From contig JAVBLF010000016.1 in assembly GCA_031553675.1 (NCBI GenBank), positions 11,324 through 75,323 on the forward strand: a DNA stretch of 64,000 nucleotides, in the 5' to 3' direction. The notes under the pieces are model-generated. The model saw only the letters and a list, made by a program, of their open reading frames with translations. It was not told the DNA's origin and ran no database searches. Each line of letters starts with the position of its first letter. The stretch's first letter is position 1. The stretch is from Eubacteriales bacterium. Its GTDB lineage: Bacteria > Bacillota > Clostridia > Christensenellales > CALWSW01. The position numbers and the translations under genes are program-made. Of the stretch, positions 54,625-64,000 are shown in pieces.

Positions 54625-55990
54625 GTTCGGATAACTCCTTTTTCATGATTTGAAGGGCGGCGCGGGGGTCGATTTGGCTCAGCAGTCCCATGGCCGCAAG
54701 GATGTAGTTTTGATCGAGCAAGATCGTTGCGTTTCGGGGTTTGAGCGAGAAGGGATGTTCGCGCCGCAAGGCATAGGAAGCGATCGCGCGCGGATCCTTC
54801 GCGTGGACGAGCGCGCCGCCCGTCAGCACGAGCCGCTGCACGCTGCGCAGGTCTTTGCCCGTTTGGACGTAGACTTCGCCCGCGGGGGTATAGCAGCGCT
54901 CGATCGTGCCGGCATGGCGCTCGATCGCCGCCGCCATCGCCGATCCAGCCAGCGCCGCGTCGAGCGCTTCCCATTCCGGATCGACGGGCAGGACGTCGGG
55001 CGCATCCGCCAAGGCTGCGATCCGTTCTTCCGCGCGGCCTTCCGTCAAACCAGCTTCCCGCGCGATCACGGCGATGCCCGCTTCCCGCTGTACACCGGCT
55101 GCGCCGTAGCGCATGCCAAGGTCGCCTTCGACGGTGCGTTTCGCGAACGGCTCCGGAAGCCCCTTGATCACGGTGTTGGCGCGTTCCGGCGTTCCATCGG
55201 CGATCGAATAGACGTCGGTCGTCGCGCCGCCGAGATCGACGGCCATCAACTCGCCAAGTCCCGCTTCGCCCTCGCAGCCCGTACCGAGCAGGCGCATGGC
55301 GTCGAGCATGGCGGCGGGCGTCGGCATGACGATGCCCGATACCAGCGCTTTGGCGCGGGTCAGCCCTTTGGCCTCGACGATGCGACGCAGGAAGACCGCG
55401 CGGATCGTCTCCTGGGCCGGCGCTGCATTGAGTTCGTTGAGCGCGGGCATGACGTTCTCGGTCACGAAGACCTCGCGCTCACTGAGAATGTCTCGAATCT
55501 CGTCGGCACAGACGCGGTTTCCGGCGTAAACGATGGGGAAATCGCCGACCTGTGCGAGTGCGCGGGCGTTGTGGAGCGCCGTATCGCTGTCGCCGCCATC
55601 GGTGCCGCCGGTCAGGAGCAGGATGTCGGGCCGAAGCGCTTCGATCGCGGCAAGATCACCGGGCGTAAGTTTGTAGGCGAAACTTTTTTCGACCTTGGCC
55701 CCGGCGCCGAGCGAGGCAATTTGCGCGGCCTTGGCGGTCAAAGACGGCACCAGACCGCACGCGATCATCCGAAGTCCGCCAGCCGCGCTCGAACAGGCGC
55801 GCGTTACACCGAAAGAATCGATGCCGCAATCTTGTTTGAGCCTTGCGAGCGCGCGTTCGAATCCGACGTCGATGCCCTCGCGCACGGTCGTCGGGCTGGC
55901 CGCTGTGCCGATCACGCGCGCGCCATCGATGTCGGCCGCCGTGACCTTGGTATAGGTGCTGCCGAAGTCGATCAGGAGCGCGGGTTTCAT
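54611..55990 (-). CDS. glmL: Glutamate mutase component L (GlmL/MutL reactivating chaperone-like ATPase)
   Basis: [18 protein letters not shown] and [13 protein letters not shown] actin-like ATPase motifs. The start at 55990 overlaps the glmS stop. The ORF-track extension to 56416 is out of context. Confidence 0.85.
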   Translation of the reverse strand: MKPALLIDFGSTYTKVTAADIDGARVIGTAASPTTVREGIDVGFERALARLKQDCGIDSFGVTRACSSAAGGLRMIACGLVPSLTAKAAQIASLGAGAKVEKSFAYKLTPGDLAAIEALRPDILLLTGGTDGGDSDTALHNARALAQVGDFPIVYAGNRVCADEIRDILSEREVFVTENVMPALNELNAAPAQETIRAVFLRRIVEAKGLTRAKALVSGIVMPTPAAMLDAMRLLGTGCEGEAGLGELMAVDLGGATTDVYSIADGTPERANTVIKGLPEPFAKRTVEGDLGMRYGAAGVQREAGIAVIAREAGLTEGRAEERIAALADAPDVLPVDPEWEALDAALAGSAMAAAIERHAGTIERCYTPAGEVYVQTGKDLRSVQRLVLTGGALVHAKDPRAIASYALRREHPFSLKPRNATILLDQNYILAAMGLLSQIDPRAALQIMKKELSEHGAA

Positions 55991-56409
55991 GCGATGCTCC
56001 GGGCGGCGAGATCGGCATGCAGGGCGTCGATCGTCGTCTCCGGCGCCGTGCCTGGGCCAAACACGCGATCGTAACCCATGGCGCGAAAGCGCGCCTCCAC
56101 TTCGTCGAAGGGCTGTTTGCCGACGACGATGTTGCCGCCGACATAGAGCAGTACCTTGCCGATTCCGGCCTCGACGCACTTTTCGCGCAGGCCGCGGCAG
56201 TCGAGTTCGCCGTGGCCGTAGAGCGACGAGACGATGATTGCGTCGGTGGCCGTCTCGATCGCGGCTTCGATGAACTCTTCCTGGGAAACCATGACGCCGA
56301 GGTTCGTCACGTCGAACCCTGCGTCTGTGAAAGCGTGGTAGAGAATTTTGTTGCCCACCGCGTGCACGTCGGCACCGATGACGCCGATCACGAGCTTGTA
56401 TCGATTCAT
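55987..56409 (-). CDS. glmS: Glutamate mutase, sigma / S subunit (cobalamin-binding)
   Basis: 140 aa. Contains [15 protein letters not shown] (the DxHxxG B12-binding motif). Its start overlaps the upstream stop. Confidence 0.9.
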   Translation of the reverse strand: MNRYKLVIGVIGADVHAVGNKILYHAFTDAGFDVTNLGVMVSQEEFIEAAIETATDAIIVSSLYGHGELDCRGLREKCVEAGIGKVLLYVGGNIVVGKQPFDEVEARFRAMGYDRVFGPGTAPETTIDALHADLAARSIA

Positions 56410-56969
56410 TGCGCACCTCGCTGCGACAGGTATTCGCGTCTGCCGATTTTGTACAGGTCGCGTCCCTCGGCGTCGAGCAGCACGACGGCGGGGAAATCTT
56501 CGACTTCCAGGCGGTAGATCGCCTCGGGGCCCAGGTCTTCGTATGCGACGCATTCCATGCGTTTGACGCGGCTGGCCAAAAGCGCTCCCGCGCCGCCGAT
56601 CGCGCCGAAGTAGACAGCGCCGTTGCGCCGGATGGCTTCGACGACCTCGGAGCCGCGCTTGCCCTTTCCGATCATGCCGCGCAAGCCCCGATCGAGCAAG
56701 GTCGGCGCGTAAGCGTCCATGCGATAACTCGTCGTCGGCCCACAGGAACCGATGATCGCGCCGGGTTTGGCGGGCGTCGGACCGACGTAATAGAGCACGG
56801 CTCCTTCGAGAGGGAAGGGGAGGGCTTCGTTGTTTTGCACGAGCGCGACGAGTCGCTTGTGCGCGGCGTCGCGCGCCGTATAGATCACGCCGGAAAAGGA
56901 CACTTCATCCCCCGATCGGAGCGTCTTGGCCTTTTCCGCGGAGAGGGGCGTCTCGATGCGTGTAGCCAT
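56406..56969 (-). CDS. Class I (Fe-S) fumarate hydratase-type hydro-lyase, beta subunit (probable mesaconase component)
   Basis: The [14 protein letters not shown] and GKGKRG segments are typical of FumA/TtdB C-terminal-domain proteins. It shows TGATG overlap with the alpha subunit gene. Confidence 0.8.
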   Translation of the reverse strand: MATRIETPLSAEKAKTLRSGDEVSFSGVIYTARDAAHKRLVALVQNNEALPFPLEGAVLYYVGPTPAKPGAIIGSCGPTTSYRMDAYAPTLLDRGLRGMIGKGKRGSEVVEAIRRNGAVYFGAIGGAGALLASRVKRMECVAYEDLGPEAIYRLEVEDFPAVVLLDAEGRDLYKIGRREYLSQRGAQ

Positions 56970-57808
56970 CAGAGCACCTCCGTTTTGTGCCGCGTGACGT
57001 GGCAGTTGATGTTGACGGCGCAGGGAAGGCCGGCGATGTGGGTCGGCAGCGTCTCGATCTGCACGGCGAGCGCCGTCGTGCGGCCGCCGTAGCCTTGCGG
57101 TCCGATCCCCAGATCGTTGATGCGTTCGAGCAACTCACGTTCCAGCGCGGCGTAGAAGAGGGAGGGGTGCTGCGATCCCAGCGGCCGCAAGAGGGCCTTT
57201 TTCGCGAGCAGGGCGGCTTTGTCGAAGGTACCGCCGATTCCGACGCCCACGACGATGGGCGGACAGGGGTTCGGACCGGCATCCTCGACGGTTTGCAGCA
57301 CGAAATCGCGCACGCCTTCGACGCCGTCCGAGGGGCGGAGCATGGCGATGCGGCTCATGTTTTCGCTGCCGAATCCTTTGGGCGCGACGGTGACCGTGAC
57401 GCGATCGCCCGGCACGAGGTCGATGTAAAGCATGGCGGGCGTGTTGTCGCCGGTGTTTTTGCGCTCGAGCGGGTCGCCGACGACCGACTTTCGCAAATAT
57501 CCTTCGCGGTATCCAATGCGCACCCCTTCATCGACGGCGGCGTGCAAGTCGCCTTCGATGTAGACATCCTGGCCAATCTCGACGAAGACGCAGGCCATGC
57601 CCGTGTCCTGACAGATCGGAATGCGCTCCGCTTCGGCGCGCGCATAGTTGTCCGCGAGTTTTTCGAGCACGGATCGCGCGGCAGGCCATTCCTCTCGCGC
57701 GAGGTGCGCGTCCATGCTGCGCTTGACGTCGTCGGGGAGTTCGATGTTCGCGTCGATCGACAGGCGCGCGACGGCCTCTGTGATCGCGCTGGCATGCAGT
57801 GTTCGCAT
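56969..57808 (-). CDS. Class I (Fe-S) fumarate hydratase-type hydro-lyase, alpha subunit (probable mesaconase component)
   Basis: IPICQDTGMACVFVEIGQDV (Fe-S cluster Cys region). The start MRTLHAS at 57808 follows GGAGAG. Confidence 0.8.
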   Translation of the reverse strand: MRTLHASAITEAVARLSIDANIELPDDVKRSMDAHLAREEWPAARSVLEKLADNYARAEAERIPICQDTGMACVFVEIGQDVYIEGDLHAAVDEGVRIGYREGYLRKSVVGDPLERKNTGDNTPAMLYIDLVPGDRVTVTVAPKGFGSENMSRIAMLRPSDGVEGVRDFVLQTVEDAGPNPCPPIVVGVGIGGTFDKAALLAKKALLRPLGSQHPSLFYAALERELLERINDLGIGPQGYGGRTTALAVQIETLPTHIAGLPCAVNINCHVTRHKTEVL

Positions 57809-57857
57809 GGTTTTCTCTCCATCCAGATCGCGTTTTCTGGCAGGCGTGAACGATGGC

Positions 57858-58754
57858 CTACAGCAGATGGTTTTCGAGTACCTGCGTGTTCGCGTCAAAG
57901 TTTTCGAGTTGCAGATAATAATCCGCGCAATCGATGAGCGCGCGCGCCGGCGTTAGGCCAACGATCTCCGCGCCGATGATCGTCACGCCCCAGCGCGCCG
58001 CTTCGAAGCGGATCGCCTCGTGTGCGCGGTAAATGGGAGTCGTTTCGAAATCGACGAGGTTCATCGACACCTGCGCGACCTGGCGATCTTCGAGCATGAC
58101 GCCGATGGCTTTGCAAGCCGCGTAGCCGCCCGACGAACAACGGATCGCCTTGGCGATGGCGTTGGCGATCGAAAGGTCCGACGTGCTGAGGTTGACGTTG
58201 TAGGCGATCAGGGGTTTGCGCGCGCCGATCGCCGTGATGCCTGCCGTCGGGTGGATCTTGCGCTCGCCAAAGTCCGGCGCCCATTCGTCCTGGAGCAGCT
58301 TTTCGGGCATGCCTTCGAACTGTCCTTTGCGCACCGTAGCCAAATTGCGGCGCTGGGGGGTCGCGGCGGAATCTTCGTATAAAAAGCTCGGGATTTGGAG
58401 TTCCTGGTAGATGCGAGCGGCCAACGTTTTGGAAAGCGCCACACAGTCGTCCACCGTGACTTCCTTGACCGGCACGAAGGGAATGACGTCGGTCGCGCCC
58501 ATGCGGGGATGCTCGCCTGCATGCTTCGTCATGTCGATCCGTTCGCTGGCCAGTTTGCAGAGTCGGAACGCCGCCTCCGCGATGCCATCCGGATCGCCGA
58601 TGAGCGTAAACACGCTGCGGTTGTGGTTGGGGTCGGACGAATGATCCAAAAGGATCACGCCGTGAACGCTCTTCGCTTCGGAGACGAGGGCGTCGATCAC
58701 GTCTTGCCTTCTGCCTTCGCTGAAATTGGGGATGCATTCGATCAATTTGGCCAT
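57858..58754 (-). CDS. ftcD: Glutamate formimidoyltransferase (FtcD N-terminal-type, stand-alone)
   Basis: MAKLIECIPNFSEGRRQDVIDALV N-terminus. At 298 aa it has no cyclodeaminase domain. Confidence 0.9.
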   Translation of the reverse strand: MAKLIECIPNFSEGRRQDVIDALVSEAKSVHGVILLDHSSDPNHNRSVFTLIGDPDGIAEAAFRLCKLASERIDMTKHAGEHPRMGATDVIPFVPVKEVTVDDCVALSKTLAARIYQELQIPSFLYEDSAATPQRRNLATVRKGQFEGMPEKLLQDEWAPDFGERKIHPTAGITAIGARKPLIAYNVNLSTSDLSIANAIAKAIRCSSGGYAACKAIGVMLEDRQVAQVSMNLVDFETTPIYRAHEAIRFEAARWGVTIIGAEIVGLTPARALIDCADYYLQLENFDANTQVLENHLL

Positions 58755-58961
58755 GTTTTCGCCTTTCGTGCATGTGCTTCGGATCGTGTCCCAACAGCGT
58801 CGCTAAACGCGAAATACGCACAAAGCTTGCTGCGCTGGGCATGACGTCGTGCGTTCGCTCAAGTGGGTTTTCACCCTGTCGGATCACGTGGGGGTGTCGG
58901 ATTCCGGCCGAGAAGGTCGGCCGCAGGAAAGCTATGGGAATTGGTATAGGATATTTTTGCT

Positions 58962-58986
58962 TTGGTTCTCGCAACAAGAGTACCAA
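58962..58986. promoter_or_regulatory. Candidate GntR-type operator (inverted repeat TTGGTTCTC-N7-GAGTACCAA) in the ftcD/hutU divergent region
   Basis: Inverted repeat with one mismatch. An extra half-site-like TTGGTATA lies at 58941-58948. Confidence 0.35.
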
Positions 58987-59211
58987 AATTCCTTGTAAAA
59001 ATCAATTCCTTTTTGCCGCTTCATCCAAGCGCAAATGTCGTGGATTTTCGGAAAGACAACGCGCGATCCCCTATTGCGTGCCATCGCGTTGTGTGATACA
59101 TTGGACTCATCCTATCGGGCACATCTCGAAAATTGGATCACACCACGATCGACGACGAATCTGTCGGGTATACCGATCACGCCTCTTTGTGGGTATTGAG
59201 GAGGTCTATTG

Positions 59212-61239
<2,028 letters not shown>

Positions 61240-61248
61240 GGTGAATCC

Positions 61249-62472
61249 ATGGATCTCTTGTTGACCCAGATCGGCATGTTGGCGACCCCTCTCGGCTGCG
61301 AGGCCCGAAAAGGCCAGGCCCAGGGTGAAATCGCCGTGCATCGCCATACAGCCGTCGGCATCGAAAACGGCCGGATCGCCTACGTCGGCCCGGAAAGCGA
61401 CGCCCCCCAGGCGAAGGAAACGATCGACTGCGGCGGGCAGCTCGTGACGCCCGGCCTCGTCGATGCCCACACCCACACGGTATTCGGCGGCTGGCGCCAA
61501 CACGAAATGGCGCAAAAGCTCGCCGGCGTCTCCTACCTCGACATCCTCAAGCAGGGCGGCGGCATACTCAGCACCGTCGAAGCGACCCGCGCCGCCGACG
61601 AAGAGTCGCTCGTCGCGCGATGCGGCGGCTTCCTGGCGGAGATGCTCCGCCACGGCACGACGACCGCCGAATGCAAGAGCGGTTACGGCCTCGACCTCGA
61701 AACGGAACGAAAACAACTCCGCGTCATCCGCCGCCTGCAAGCAAGCAGTCCGGTCGAGCTCGTGCCGACCTTCCTGGGCGCGCACGCCATCCCCACCGCC
61801 TACAAAGACGACCGCGAAGCCTACATCCGCCTCGTGATCGACGTCATGCTGCCCGCCGTCGCCGAAGAAAAGCTGGCCGAATTCTGCGACGTGTTCTGCG
61901 AGACAGCCGTCTTCACGCCCGACGAGAGCGAACGCATCCTCCGCGCCGCGCAGCGCCTCGGCCTTCGCGCCAAGCTCCACGGCGACGAGATCGATCCCAT
62001 CGGCGGCGCGGAACTCGCCGCCAAGATCGCTTGCGTATCGGCCGAACACCTGATCCAGGCGTCGGACGAAGGGATTCGGCAAATGGCCGAGGCTGGCGTG
62101 ATCGCCTGCTTGCTGCCCGCGACGAGCTTCTACCTCGACAAACCCTACGCCCGTGCCCGTAAGATGATCGAGGAAAACGTCGCCGTCGCCGTCGCCACCG
62201 ACTTTAACCCGGGCTCCAGCCCGATACTGAACCTCCAGATCCCGATGTCGCTCGCCTGCCTGAAGTACCGGATGACGCCTGCCGAAGCCCTTTGCGCCGC
62301 GACGCTGAACGCAGCCGCCGCCATCGGGCGCGCGGAAAGCGTCGGCAGCGTTGAAGTCGGCAAGGCAGCCGACCTCGTCCTCTGGGACGCAGACGACCTC
62401 GACACGATCTTCTACCGCTTTGGCAACAACCTCGTCCGCCACGTCATCAGGAGCGGCCGCGTTGCGGTGTGA
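61249..62472 (+). CDS. hutI: Imidazolonepropionase
   Basis: Amidohydrolase motifs GLVDAHTHTVFGG, KLHGDE and ATDFNPGSS. Confidence 0.9.
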   Translation: MDLLLTQIGMLATPLGCEARKGQAQGEIAVHRHTAVGIENGRIAYVGPESDAPQAKETIDCGGQLVTPGLVDAHTHTVFGGWRQHEMAQKLAGVSYLDILKQGGGILSTVEATRAADEESLVARCGGFLAEMLRHGTTTAECKSGYGLDLETERKQLRVIRRLQASSPVELVPTFLGAHAIPTAYKDDREAYIRLVIDVMLPAVAEEKLAEFCDVFCETAVFTPDESERILRAAQRLGLRAKLHGDEIDPIGGAELAAKIACVSAEHLIQASDEGIRQMAEAGVIACLLPATSFYLDKPYARARKMIEENVAVAVATDFNPGSSPILNLQIPMSLACLKYRMTPAEALCAATLNAAAAIGRAESVGSVEVGKAADLVLWDADDLDTIFYRFGNNLVRHVIRSGRVAV

Positions 62473-62485
62473 TGGGAGCGCAGCG

Positions 62486-63508
62486 ATGAATTTGGATGCC
62501 ATCCGCCTGGACAGGCGATCCCACACGCCCGTTTCGGAGCAGATCGCGAAACAGATCGTGCGCCTCATCTACGATGGGGCGCTCAAACCCGGCGACCGTT
62601 TGCCGCCGGAGCGCGTTTTGGCGGAACAACTGGGCGTCTCGCGCGGCACGGTCAAGCGCGCTTACGGTCAGCTCGCCGAGGCGCAGGAGATCGGCGTCCG
62701 GCAGGGAAGCGGAAGTTATGTGCAGAAAAGCAGCCAGCATTTCGAGCAAAACCAGCGCGTCGAGGCGATGGAGATCATTGCCTCGGCCGTGCAACAGCTC
62801 CAGGACATGGGCTTTTCCGCCAAAGAGATCACGAATTTGGTCAACCTGCAAGCGCTCGGATCGTCACACAACAAGTTTCGCAAGATCAGCATCATGATCG
62901 TGTCGAACAACCACGACATCTTGTCCGAGCTCGAGCAGCAGCTTTCCTACCTGTCCTACTCGTCGCCTTTTTTGTTCACGCTTTCCTTCGTGACGCTGAA
63001 GACGATCCAAAATAACCCCGACCCCGTTCAAGTGCTGCTGTCATACGATCTGATCATCGCGACCACAATCGATTACCCGGCGGTGCTGGCCATCGCGCCC
63101 ATGCTGAAAAACCGCATCTTTGAGGCGCTGCTTTCTCCGCGCACCAAGACGCTGATGGAACTTTCTTCGCTGCCACAAAATGCCAAGATCGCCGTCATCT
63201 ACCGCACGGACATCTTTCGCCGCATCGTCGAAAAGCACCTGCGCGCGCTGGGATTTGGCGGCGACAACGTGCTCTACTACAACGAAGCGTCCTACAACCC
63301 CAAAAGCCATGCGGATTGCGGCGTCAGCGTTTTGGTCAATTTCAACGAATCGCCTGTCTATACCGACCCGGATTTTGCCGCGCGCAACGAGGCATTTTTG
63401 CAGCAGGGCGGCCAGATCATCCGTTTTGGTTACCAGATCGAGCGCGGATCGCTCGTTTATCTCGAGGACCTTGTGCAAAAACTGATCAAGTCGCAATCCG
63501 ACGATTGA
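62486..63508 (+). CDS. GntR-family transcriptional regulator with a large C-terminal effector domain
   Basis: N-terminal wHTH: PVSEQIAKQIVRLIYDGALKPGDRLPPERVLAEQLGVSRGTVKRAY. The start MNLDAIRL is at 62486. The gene is embedded between hutI and hutH. Confidence 0.8.
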   Translation: MNLDAIRLDRRSHTPVSEQIAKQIVRLIYDGALKPGDRLPPERVLAEQLGVSRGTVKRAYGQLAEAQEIGVRQGSGSYVQKSSQHFEQNQRVEAMEIIASAVQQLQDMGFSAKEITNLVNLQALGSSHNKFRKISIMIVSNNHDILSELEQQLSYLSYSSPFLFTLSFVTLKTIQNNPDPVQVLLSYDLIIATTIDYPAVLAIAPMLKNRIFEALLSPRTKTLMELSSLPQNAKIAVIYRTDIFRRIVEKHLRALGFGGDNVLYYNEASYNPKSHADCGVSVLVNFNESPVYTDPDFAARNEAFLQQGGQIIRFGYQIERGSLVYLEDLVQKLIKSQSDD

Positions 63509-63633
63509 AGGAACGGGGACTTCATGAAACCGCATCAGCCGAGACACCGAACACACCGCGATACGCAAACCACATAGCGAACGATCGGCGAAGTGCGCTT
63601 GCGCATTTCGTCGAATTATTTTAGGAGGACAAG

Positions 63634-64000
63634 ATGATTATTACCGAAACGGCCATTTCGATCGAAGATGTCGTGCGCGTGGCACGCTTTCACGAGCGGA
63701 TTTCCCTTAGCGACGGCGTGAAAACCCGAATCGAAGCCAGCCGCCGCATCGTCGAGAAAATCCTCGCATCCGACAAGCCCGTCTATGGCATCAACACGGG
63801 CTTTGGAGAATTGAGCAAGATCTTCATCTCGGCCGACGAGCGTGCGACGCTCCAACGCAACCTGATCATGAGCCATTGCACTGGCGTCGGCAAATGCTTG
63901 CCGGAGGACGTGGTACGCGCTGTGATGTTCCTGCGCGTCAACTCCCTTTCGAAGGGCTATTCGGGCATCCGCCTCTCGACGGTCGAAAAACTGATCGAGC
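63634..64000 (+). CDS. hutH: Histidine ammonia-lyase, N-terminal part (3' end outside the window)
   Basis: Not in the ORF track because no stop lies in the window. The ATG lies 6 nt after TAGGAGGA. The translation contains YGINTGFGELS and NLIMSHCTGVG. Confidence 0.85.
   Translation, partial: MIITETAISIEDVVRVARFHERISLSDGVKTRIEASRRIVEKILASDKPVYGINTGFGELSKIFISADERATLQRNLIMSHCTGVGKCLPEDVVRAVMFLRVNSLSKGYSGIRLSTVEKLIE

Noticed and set aside
63616-63876. 86-aa minus-strand ORF at the right edge
   Set aside because: It is antisense to an open plus-strand frame with a strong RBS and histidine ammonia-lyase motifs. That frame (hutH) is missing from the ORF track only because it has no stop within the window.

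Overview
GC-rich (roughly 60 %, judged by eye) chromosomal segment that looks like a Clostridia-type anaerobe. Gene order supports this: relA-dtd, ruvX-DUF1292, ftsA-ftsZ, and a T-box in front of valS. I saw no transposase, integrase, phage, CRISPR-cas or recognisable defence genes. The window is dominated by amino-acid fermentation modules. (1) 4.2-17.5 kb: the arginine deiminase operon arcABC (minus strand) lies divergent to an AraC-type regulator and a complete oxidative ornithine (Stickland) operon, ord-ortA-ortB-oraS-oraE-reactivase-orr. (2) 17.65 kb: selD carries an in-frame UGA (selenocysteine) followed by a SECIS-like hairpin, which the ORF track truncated. (3) 49.2-64 kb: histidine utilisation genes hutU-hutI-gntR-hutH lie divergent to one long minus-strand operon. 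That operon reads ftcD, two-subunit class I fumarase/mesaconase, glutamate mutase glmS-glmL-glmE, methylaspartase, then three tightly coupled genes of unknown function (DUF1446/AtuA-like, DUF4387, Walker-A protein). These three sit where citramalate lyase would be expected, and I rate them the best candidate for undescribed biology. Other content: a LarA-type racemase, Ldh_2 dehydrogenase and DIP1984 protein operon; a GH31 and sugar ABC transporter locus with a YesM/YesN-type two-component system; a THF riboswitch upstream of folT; folC; mtnA; pgsA; and lipoproteins. Non-coding observations: a dispersed family of GC-rich double-hairpin repeats inside the two B12-mutase operons; a spacer-less 37-bp tandem hairpin array; an orphan promoter-to-terminator unit (sRNA candidate); and a tRNA-like fragment. 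The many long ORFs antisense to real genes are treated as GC-driven shadow ORFs. All family assignments come from reading the translations by eye; no database search was possible.
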